DNA of 64,000 bases. It comes from Candidatus Obscuribacteraceae bacterium. GTDB taxonomy: Bacteria > Cyanobacteriota > Vampirovibrionia > Obscuribacterales > Obscuribacteraceae. The position numbers and the translations under genes were made by a program. Each line of letters opens with the position of its first letter. Position 1 is the stretch's first letter. The DNA lies in NCBI GenBank assembly GCA_044229845.1, contig JBGASG010000001.1, positions 736,001 to 800,000 on the forward strand, in the 5' to 3' direction. Below the pieces are notes generated by a model. The model ran no database searches, was not told the DNA's origin, and saw only the letters and a program-made list of their open reading frames with translations. Shown piece by piece: positions 56,220-64,000 of the stretch.

Positions 56220-56777
56220 TTAGAAACCCAGAGTCACTTTGGTGCCGTCGTAAATCAGTTTGTCACCGTCGAACACGCGCTTGATCAGCGCCTGTCCGGC
56301 GGTGTTGACTGCTACTTCGACTTTCAAAGATTTCCCTCTGAACTGCAGGTCTCGACTTTGCCCCTCCGGCAGGTAAAGACGCTCGATACCGAAATTGACA
56401 CCATGATCTCCGAAGGAACTGCCTCTGGACGCGGCAGACCAGGGCGAGTCGGCGTGACCTCGCAGCACTGTTTGCCCGGCCGCCGGAATCGGTTTTGTCT
56501 TTGAATAGTTCACCAGCTTCCAGTTGCTCTTTGTTTTTGACAGGACTGCGTACACCACCTGATCAGGTTGCAGGTGCAGATGAGCCGGTGCAGGCTGTTC
56601 GAAGTCATAGCCGAGTTGTGCGTACTCACCGCGAAACATGTCGTATGGATCTACAGGTTTGGTCTGCAGGGTAAGCACGTCACCGTGAGTCATAGTCCAT
56701 GCCGGTTCTGCGTAGAGATAAGTGATGGTTGCCACTTGGGCAAATACTGCGGCTGCGAAGGCGAGATTCTTCAACAT
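56220..56777 (-). CDS. GDYXXLXY-domain protein
   Basis: PVDPYDMFRGEYAQLGY and FGIERLYLPEG motifs. Confidence 0.88.
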   Translation of the reverse strand: MLKNLAFAAAVFAQVATITYLYAEPAWTMTHGDVLTLQTKPVDPYDMFRGEYAQLGYDFEQPAPAHLHLQPDQVVYAVLSKTKSNWKLVNYSKTKPIPAAGQTVLRGHADSPWSAASRGSSFGDHGVNFGIERLYLPEGQSRDLQFRGKSLKVEVAVNTAGQALIKRVFDGDKLIYDGTKVTLGF

Positions 56778-56787
56778 GTTTCTTCCC

Positions 56788-58107
56788 TCAAGAAGCGTGG
56801 GCGGTTCTATTGAACATGCGGCGGCGGTTCTTCTCGACGATCGCACCGGCAACCATAAGCACGACGCCTCCCATCACGAAGAACAGTGAGCGATCGAGCA
56901 TCGAGAAGAAGAAATCGAAATAGCGCGCCACTATATCCAGTACCACGAATACCATGGCTGTGTTGACCAGACCAGGACGGTTTGTGCGCATGCCGACTGC
57001 GATCATCCCGACCAAAAGAGCAGCGAACGCCAGGTTGGAGAGGACCGAGCTGAAGAAGTCGTTGCCTACGAATTGGAGAAACGCGCACCCGACCGCTGCC
57101 AGAAGTCCTAACAGCAGCTCCTCTTTTGCGACCTTGGTTTTGAACGCGACCAACGCGGCCACGGCAAATGTAGTGCCGCCTAGGGTGAGAAGGTCGAGAT
57201 TATTGAGCGAACTGATGCGCGAAGCCGCGTTGTAGTGGTCGAAGGTCATGAGGAAGTACGTCAGCGGAGTGATGACGGCTCCGGCGTAGAAAAATGCGTT
57301 GGCGAACAGAGGATTGCGCGTGCGGTACCAGAGGTGTGCGATCAGCAAGATGGCTCCGTAAATGCCGATGGCATAAAGATGTTGGCTGCACGCGAACCCG
57401 GTCCACAGCGCTCCGCCGACCAGGGTAATGATCAATGCCGTGCGGCTGCGAACTATGTGGCTAAGGACCAGCATCGAACCGACGGACAGTCCGAAGCCGA
57501 TCCAATCGGCGCCGTTGCGCGCCGAGCTGCTAGAAAATAGCGACCAGTGATGCCCTTCGTTGGCGACCAACCAGACCAGGCTGATGAGCGCCGTCAAGCT
57601 GGCGACGGCGGTCTGGCGTGTCACCAGTGTCATGGCGCCCGCACCAAGTCCCCAGAGTACAAGTCCGGTTTCCAGGCTCATATCCAGGTTGAGCATTTGA
57701 GCGACCAGCCAGATGCCGGCGCCATAAAAGATGCTGCCCAAAAGCAGCAACGCCCCACCTAGTTTTGGGTGCGTCGGCAGCGCATCGGCTGGCGCTCCGG
57801 TCGCCGCAGCATAGCTCAAGTGCCATCCGGTCGCATAGGACACAATGGTGGCCGCGAGTATTAACAACAGCTTGAACAAATGGGGAATCGCGGACCAGTT
57901 GGCACCCACGAAGAGCAAGGTGCCCAGGCCTATTAATACGGCACCGAGAATGGTGAGGATAGTGATGAAGGTAGACTTCTTGCTGAGCACCGGATAGCGC
58001 TGCAAGATCGCATCGGCGGTTTTATCGGAAACCAGACCTTCCCTTCTCCAGACCTCGACTTCTTTGCCGAGTGCAGTGCGGAATCGCGCTGTCAGTTGCT
58101 CAGACAT
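56788..58107 (-). CDS. DUF2157 membrane protein
   Basis: WRREGLV, LFVGANW and IWLVAQM motifs; multiple TM helices; usual GDYXXLXY partner. Confidence 0.88.
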   Translation of the reverse strand: MSEQLTARFRTALGKEVEVWRREGLVSDKTADAILQRYPVLSKKSTFITILTILGAVLIGLGTLLFVGANWSAIPHLFKLLLILAATIVSYATGWHLSYAAATGAPADALPTHPKLGGALLLLGSIFYGAGIWLVAQMLNLDMSLETGLVLWGLGAGAMTLVTRQTAVASLTALISLVWLVANEGHHWSLFSSSSARNGADWIGFGLSVGSMLVLSHIVRSRTALIITLVGGALWTGFACSQHLYAIGIYGAILLIAHLWYRTRNPLFANAFFYAGAVITPLTYFLMTFDHYNAASRISSLNNLDLLTLGGTTFAVAALVAFKTKVAKEELLLGLLAAVGCAFLQFVGNDFFSSVLSNLAFAALLVGMIAVGMRTNRPGLVNTAMVFVVLDIVARYFDFFFSMLDRSLFFVMGGVVLMVAGAIVEKNRRRMFNRTAHAS

Positions 58108-58246
58108 GTAAAACTCCTGCGAATGGCGTGCGGCGAAAGAACATACCGCCAGAGTAATGCCTGAAAGCGCCCTCCTGTGACGTTCTGCGACAGTTAATAA
58201 TCTGTCGCCGGTGTTGTAAGGTCTGGTTAAGGTAGCGGTTTTAGGC

Positions 58247-61200
58247 TTGAGACTGAACTCCCGGACAGTCTCAGTGGAATCGCTTTTTCAATTCATCGTC
58301 CGCAGGCGCCACCTGATCGTCTTCCTGGCGCTGGCTTTGATCGCGGGCGGCATTGTCGCGTATCAAAAGATCGCGCTGGAGGCTTATCCGGACATTGCCA
58401 ATATGCAAGTGCGGGTAATCACCAAAGTCGACGGCAAAGCAGCGCAGGAAGTCGAGAAACTAGTAACCATACCACTTGAACGCGTCCTGAACGGCATACC
58501 GCATTCGTTGCCACCGCGCTCGGTGTCGCTATTCGGGCTGTCTTCTATCACTATTGTGTTCGACTCGGAGACAGATCCGATCACGGCGCGTCAGCAAGTG
58601 CTGGAACGAATTCAAAGCGCCGAACTGCCGGAAGGCGTAGATCCGCAAATGGACCCCAACGCCAGCCCGGTGGGCGAGGTCTTCCGTTATTTCGTGCGCG
58701 GGGACAAGTGGTCGAGCATGGCGCGCAAGGAGCAGCAAGACTGGTCCCTGAACCGCCAGTTTCGCGCGGTGGACGGCATCGTCGAGTCCACAGGTTTTGG
58801 GGGACCGACCAAGATTTACCAGGTGTCTTTTGACCCTGAACGCCTGAATGCTCTCGGTGTCAGCCAATCCGAACTGGCTGCCGCCATCGGACAGGCTAAC
58901 GGCACTACAGGCGGTAGCTATATCGTCTTCAACGATATCAACTATATGGTTCGCGGCGAGGGGCTGCTCAAAGACGAGGAGGATATTGGCGCCGTCGTCG
59001 TGTCTACCCGATCCGACGGCATTCCGATTCGTGTCAAAGATGTTGCCACCGTCTCCGTTGCTGCCGCCATCAGACAGGGACAGGTCGGCGTCAATGATGA
59101 CGACGATGCTGTCGAGGGTATTCTGCTTATGCGCCGCGGGGAAAACCCGTCTAGAGCGGTCGACAACTTAAAAGAGGCGTGGCCGGAGATTGCGCACAGC
59201 CTGCCGGACGGGATGGAACTTGTGCCTTTATATGACCGCACCGCTCTCGTCCACAACACCGTCGACACCATTGGCCACAACGTCGCCGAAGGCGTGGTGC
59301 TGGTGGTCGTGATTTTGATGCTGTTCTTGTTTCAGGTGCGCAGTTCTCTGATTGTTGCCACCGTCATTCCGCTGGCGCTCTTGACCGCGTTTATCCTGCT
59401 CAATCTCTTCAAAGTGCCCGCCAACCTCTTATCGCTGGGAGCCATCGACTTCGGGATCATCGTCGATGGTGCGATCATACTTATGGAACATGTTGCCGTA
59501 TCCCTCGCCGATCTACGAGACGTAGACGAGCGTCCCAGCCACAAGAAAGTTCTCGACACAATCGCCAAATCGTCCGCCGAAATCGCCAAGCCGATCCTGT
59601 TTTCGACCGCGATCATCATGATCACCTTCTTGCCGGTGCTCAGTTTCGATCATGTGGAAGGCAAGCTCTTCCGTCCTCTGGCGATTATGATGAACTTCAC
59701 GCTCTGCGGGGCGATTCTGGCGGCGATATTCTTAGTGCCGGCGTTGTGCGCCTTTATCTACACCCATGGCAAACTGCCTTCGCACAAAGAAAATCCGCTC
59801 CTCAAACCGCTGCATGGCATTTATGAACGCACGCTGAAACTGTCGTTGCGCCGCTCTCTGCTGGCTGTCGTTGCAATTGCGGCTGTTTGTGGCTCCAGCC
59901 TCTTGGCGGTGCCTTTTCTTGGCTCGGAGTTTATTCCCGAACTGGAAGAGGGCAACATCTGGCTTTCCGTCACAATCTTGCCGACCAGCGTCTCTCTCGA
60001 TCATTCGGTGGAAATCGCCAGAGAACTGCGGGCAATTGCTCGCTCATATCCTGAAGTCACCAATGTGGTCAGCCACATCGGCAGCCCGGATGACGGCACC
60101 GACCCCTTCGGATACAACTTCATTCAGTTTCTGATTGATCTGGAGCCGCAGTCGAAATGGCGCCCGCAGTTTCACACTAAAGACGAACTGATTGAATCTA
60201 TGAACAAACAGATGAAGGAGACTCGTCCCGGGCTGGTGCTCAACTTCTCGCAGTACATCAAGGACAACATGGATGAAGCCATCTCGGGTGTCCGCAACGG
60301 TGAATACGCGATCAAGATTTATGGACCCGACGTCAACGTGCTGGAAGAGCTATCGGCTGCTGTTTCCAATGCCGTGAAGAAAGTGCACGGCACCTGCGAC
60401 GTGGCGCGCGATCACCTGATCGGGCAGCCGCAGGTAGCGGTGCGCATCGATTTTGAAAAGGCGGCGCGCTACGGGGTGCACGCCAAAGATGTTCTCGATG
60501 TCGTGGAAATTGCCATCGGCGGCAAGAGCATCACCAAGGTCATCGACGGTGATAAACGCTTCGACGTGGTCATGCGCCTCGATAAGGAATATCGCAACAC
60601 TCCCGGCAGCATCGGCAACGTATTGATCAACACGCCGGCCGGTACACGCATTCCGCTGGCGCAGATTGCCGACATTCACGAAGAGGCTGGAGCCGCCACT
60701 ATCTGCCGCGAAAACAACAAGCGGCGGACAGCCGTATATTGCAACATCCGCGGTCGCGATCTCGGTTCCACCGTCATGGATTCACAGAAGACAGTCACCC
60801 GGGAAGTGAAGTTGCCTGACGGCTACTCGATCCAGCACGCCGGACAATTCGACCGCGCCATCGAAGCCGGTAAGCGCCTTTCGATAGTGGTGCCGATTAC
60901 TCTGCTACTGATCTTTTTTCTCCTCTATGCTGCCTTTGGTGAAGCGAAGACCGCACTGGTGGCCATGTCGGTGGTACCGGTGGCGGTGGCGTGCGGGCTG
61001 GCGGTGCTGTTTGTGTCGGGCACGCACCTGAGCGTTTCTTCCGGAGTGGGCTTTGTGGCGCTCTTTGGTCTTTGTATCCAGAACTCGGTCGTGCTTACCT
61101 CGCGCATGAGAGAGCTGACTAGGAAGGGCTTATCATCGAGTGAAGCTGCCTTCGAAGGTGCGATGGAAAAAATGAATGCCGTGCTGACGGCCAGCACAGT

Positions 61201-61417
61201 GGCGGTGATCGGACTGGTGCCGGCCGCGATCGCGACGGGCATCGGCAGCCAGAGTCAGAAGCCTTTCGCCACCGTCATCTCAGGTGGACTCCTGCCGGCG
61301 ACCATCTTGCTTTTGATATCGGTTCCCTGCATCTATATGCTGGCGCTCAGGAAGAAACCAAACATCGATACGCTGCCGGCTGAATCACTCGGTGTTGGAC
61401 AGCGAACAGGCTCGTAG
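58247..61417 (+). CDS. CusA/CzcA-family heavy-metal RND permease
   Basis: EAYPDI, YDRT, SLGAIDFGIIVDG, EGKLFRPLA and GSEFIPELEEG motifs. Confidence 0.93.
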   Translation: MRLNSRTVSVESLFQFIVRRRHLIVFLALALIAGGIVAYQKIALEAYPDIANMQVRVITKVDGKAAQEVEKLVTIPLERVLNGIPHSLPPRSVSLFGLSSITIVFDSETDPITARQQVLERIQSAELPEGVDPQMDPNASPVGEVFRYFVRGDKWSSMARKEQQDWSLNRQFRAVDGIVESTGFGGPTKIYQVSFDPERLNALGVSQSELAAAIGQANGTTGGSYIVFNDINYMVRGEGLLKDEEDIGAVVVSTRSDGIPIRVKDVATVSVAAAIRQGQVGVNDDDDAVEGILLMRRGENPSRAVDNLKEAWPEIAHSLPDGMELVPLYDRTALVHNTVDTIGHNVAEGVVLVVVILMLFLFQVRSSLIVATVIPLALLTAFILLNLFKVPANLLSLGAIDFGIIVDGAIILMEHVAVSLADLRDVDERPSHKKVLDTIAKSSAEIAKPILFSTAIIMITFLPVLSFDHVEGKLFRPLAIMMNFTLCGAILAAIFLVPALCAFIYTHGKLPSHKENPLLKPLHGIYERTLKLSLRRSLLAVVAIAAVCGSSLLAVPFLGSEFIPELEEGNIWLSVTILPTSVSLDHSVEIARELRAIARSYPEVTNVVSHIGSPDDGTDPFGYNFIQFLIDLEPQSKWRPQFHTKDELIESMNKQMKETRPGLVLNFSQYIKDNMDEAISGVRNGEYAIKIYGPDVNVLEELSAAVSNAVKKVHGTCDVARDHLIGQPQVAVRIDFEKAARYGVHAKDVLDVVEIAIGGKSITKVIDGDKRFDVVMRLDKEYRNTPGSIGNVLINTPAGTRIPLAQIADIHEEAGAATICRENNKRRTAVYCNIRGRDLGSTVMDSQKTVTREVKLPDGYSIQHAGQFDRAIEAGKRLSIVVPITLLLIFFLLYAAFGEAKTALVAMSVVPVAVACGLAVLFVSGTHLSVSSGVGFVALFGLCIQNSVVLTSRMRELTRKGLSSSEAAFEGAMEKMNAVLTASTVAVIGLVPAAIATGIGSQSQKPFATVISGGLLPATILLLISVPCIYMLALRKKPNIDTLPAESLGVGQRTGS

Positions 61418-62725
61418 CGTGAAAGCCCCTTTGCTGACGACGGCATCACCGGGTAACAAGCCTTTCAATACTTCAACGTTTTCATGACAGGTCAGACCTG
61501 TCTCAACCGTTCGCTCTTCATAGCGGCCATCGGCTCGTCTAAGGTAAACGACGTTGTTCGATCCGCAGCTGACGACTGCCGATTTGGGTATCACCAGCGC
61601 TTTGCGTGTGCCGGCGACGATGTTCATGCGTGAGAACATTTTTGGTTTGAGACGCCGGTCTATGTTGGCGACATCGGCGCGCACCTTCATGGTGCGCGCC
61701 TCCGGATTAATCGCGCGGTCGACAAAACTGAGAATGCCGTGGAACGTTTCACCCGGGTAGCTGTCTACCGTGAAGTTGACTGCCTGTCCGATGTGCACAG
61801 CTTTTACGTCTTTCTCGTAAACTTCTGCCACCAGCCACACCGCATCGAGATCATCGACGAGGAAAGCCAGCTTGCCTGCCGGTATCAGCTCGCCGGGATT
61901 GATCTGCCTCTCCAGAACTACTCCGGGTTGTGCCGTGACAATCGGCACTATCGGGTTGAGCTGCTGCGAGTTGATTATTTTATCGACTGTGTTCGCAGGC
62001 ATGCCCAAGAGCAACAAGCGTTGTCTGAGACCCTGTCGGTAGAGGCGCCGTTTGCTGTCGGCGATGGCAATCAGCTGCGGTTTCTTTTGCTTCAATGACT
62101 GCACGGTCAGCGAGACAGTGTCGAATTCGTTTTTGGCGGCATCGAGAGCCGCTTGCGAACCGATCTTTTCTTGAATCAGACGCTCGCACCGGTCGAGGAT
62201 TTTCTTGGCGAAGCCAAGTTTCGTCTCTTGCTCTTTAGTCGCGTAGCCAAGTTGCAGGAGTTCGCGTTCGAGCTCGGCATTTAGATCGTTTTCCTTGTTG
62301 AATTCTTCAGCTTCCAGATCGCCCACTTCCTCACTGGAGACAGTGAACATCGTCCTGCCCTTCGGTACGTCTTCTCCAAGCACGGCGAATGTTTCGATGA
62401 CGCGACCGGCGAGCGGGGAGGTGACGCGCGTCACGGATGTTTCGTTGGTCTGGATCTGTCCCATGACGTGGACGATTTCCGGCATGTCTTGATAGCTGGC
62501 TGGAGTGATCGAAAACTCACTGGGATTTTTGAAATTGGGTGGCAGCGATACTGTATGTGGTGCTGCTTCGGTGGCATGCGAGTTTTCATAGCGAGGGATG
62601 TGCTCGCTTTTTTCGGAGCAGCCTGAAAGGCTCAGAATTGCTGTCACACCGGCAACAAGCGGGAGCGACCGGGCAATCCGGGAAGAAAGGTGATGGATAC
62701 TGTTATTTCTTGCGAAGCCAGCCAT
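61385..62725 (-). CDS. RND periplasmic adaptor (CzcB/CusB-like)
   Basis: LSGC lipobox; SPLAGRV, VWLVAEVYE, LKPKMF and IPKSAV motifs. Confidence 0.92.
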   Translation of the reverse strand: MAGFARNNSIHHLSSRIARSLPLVAGVTAILSLSGCSEKSEHIPRYENSHATEAAPHTVSLPPNFKNPSEFSITPASYQDMPEIVHVMGQIQTNETSVTRVTSPLAGRVIETFAVLGEDVPKGRTMFTVSSEEVGDLEAEEFNKENDLNAELERELLQLGYATKEQETKLGFAKKILDRCERLIQEKIGSQAALDAAKNEFDTVSLTVQSLKQKKPQLIAIADSKRRLYRQGLRQRLLLLGMPANTVDKIINSQQLNPIVPIVTAQPGVVLERQINPGELIPAGKLAFLVDDLDAVWLVAEVYEKDVKAVHIGQAVNFTVDSYPGETFHGILSFVDRAINPEARTMKVRADVANIDRRLKPKMFSRMNIVAGTRKALVIPKSAVVSCGSNNVVYLRRADGRYEERTVETGLTCHENVEVLKGLLPGDAVVSKGAFTLRACSLSNTE

Positions 62726-62818
62726 GAAAACCGACACAGGAACTGCATCTAGCGTAGCCCAGAAGGCTTGCACGAAACTTACAAGATTACGTTTTCGGTG
62801 GTAGGATAACCCCCGACG

Positions 62819-63586
62819 ATGAGAGTTTTACTGATAGAAGACGATGATTTGCTGGCGGACGCGGTATCCCATGCGTTGCGCAAGAGTGGCTTTGTCGTCG
62901 AGGTCGCCGAGACCGGTGCCGCCGCGGACAATCTCCTGGAAACATCCGAATACGACGCGCTCATACTTGACCTGGGCTTGCCGGAAATGGATGGAATGGA
63001 AGTGCTCAAGCGTTTACGCGGCAGGCGAAACGCTACACCAGTGATGGTTGTCACAGCCAGAGACGAGCCGGAAGATATTATCGGCGCTCTGGATGTCGGG
63101 GCTGATGACTACATCACCAAACCTTTTCGGTTGCCGGTTTTGGAGGCGAGGTTGCGCGCGCTTTTGCGAAGGGCGCAGTGGGACAGCAATAACGAAATCA
63201 CCTTTGGCAGCCTGCGTTATGACATTATGGCCCGGCGCGCGTTTGCAGGCGACGAGGCGATGTCGCTGTCCGCCAAAGAACTGGGCATACTCGAGCTGTT
63301 GATGAAACGGGCGGGGCGCATCGTCAGCAAGGAACAGATCGCTCGCGATGTTTACGACGGCGCATGGGACCTCAACTACAACACCATCGAAGTGGCAGTG
63401 CATCGACTGCGCAAGAAACTGGAGCCCGCCGACCTGACCGTGAAGACCATCCGCGGACTCGGCTACACGCCCTCGTTTATACGTTCGCTACCAGTCTGGC
63501 GCGCAGCATCTATGACGAAGAACTGGCTGAAGTGGCGCGTTCGATTTCCACCGGGTTCACAACCAGTGAAGGGCTGTTTGCGGTAG
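62819..63586 (+). CDS. OmpR-family response regulator (QseB/TctD-like) with aberrant C-terminal extension
   Basis: LIEDD, DLGLP, GADDYITKPF, RLRKKL and TIRGLGY motifs. Confidence 0.9.
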   Translation: MRVLLIEDDDLLADAVSHALRKSGFVVEVAETGAAADNLLETSEYDALILDLGLPEMDGMEVLKRLRGRRNATPVMVVTARDEPEDIIGALDVGADDYITKPFRLPVLEARLRALLRRAQWDSNNEITFGSLRYDIMARRAFAGDEAMSLSAKELGILELLMKRAGRIVSKEQIARDVYDGAWDLNYNTIEVAVHRLRKKLEPADLTVKTIRGLGYTPSFIRSLPVWRAASMTKNWLKWRVRFPPGSQPVKGCLR

Positions 63587-64000
63587 AACTGCATCCGCAG
63601 GCTATCAAATTATTGACCTATGACCTGAGCGACAAGTTCTACTACCAGGTGGTCGGCCCGCATGGGCGTCTGGTGGCGGGCGAACGTGATTTTCCCGAGG
63701 CACCGGCGGCGCCTTCCAGCGGCGGCCCGGTTTTCTCTGACGGGCAGCTGCACGGGCAGGCGGTGCGCATTGCGACAGTGCCTGTGCCGGTAGACGCCGG
63801 CGGCGTGGCGTTGGTGCGGGTTGCCGAAACGCTCACTGCACGCCACCAGCTGGCCAATCGCATACTTCTGGCGGTGCTCGTTCCCGGTGTGATCTGTATT
63901 TTTCTACTGGGTGCAACCTTGTACGTGGCGATTGGCAAGTCTCTGGCACCGCTGGAATCGATTCGCAAGAATGTGGCTGAGCGTTCGTTTTCGGATCTGC
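63469..64000 (+). pseudogene. TctE/QseC-like sensor kinase lacking its start (3' partial)
   Basis: Frame from 63469 reads ALVYTFATSLARSIYDEEL...DKFYYQV...VRVAETL..R..L...TM...SLAPL and stays open to the window end. No start codon precedes TM1. Confidence 0.75.

Overview
A 64-kb chromosomal window of a moderately GC-rich bacterium. It carries cyanobacterial-type genes (SigG-like ECF sigma factor, LON-N protein, murC-murB-ddl, many Ser/Thr kinases) but no photosynthesis genes, which suggests non-photosynthetic Cyanobacteriota (Vampirovibrionia/Obscuribacterales-like); this is inference only. Housekeeping content: tRNA-Arg(CCT), ssb, ddl, murB, murC, rpsT, rsmI, uppP, rpiB, fabH, FKBP and a CzcA-type RND locus. 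No CRISPR array, rRNA, integrase or transposase was seen. The best candidate for an undescribed system is a co-oriented effector-like cluster with no signal peptides (42.8-49.2 kb). It encodes a ~1180-aa beta-repeat protein with a C-terminal papain/calpain-like Cys-His-Asn domain, a PsbP/DcrB-fold partner and a two-domain peptidoglycan-hydrolase-like protein. A second paralog of the protease lies at 24.6-26.6 kb. Other notable items: a bacterial Dnmt2-like methyltransferase, an orphan UdgX, an exported pseudo-caspase-TonB fusion, a pseudokinase, a triple-repeat helical protein, a tandem pair of small paralogs, a candidate structured ncRNA, and three reading-frame lesions (an amber stop in heme oxygenase, a frameshift in the protease paralog, and a deletion joining a response regulator to its kinase). 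All family calls come from motif recognition by eye; no database searches were run.
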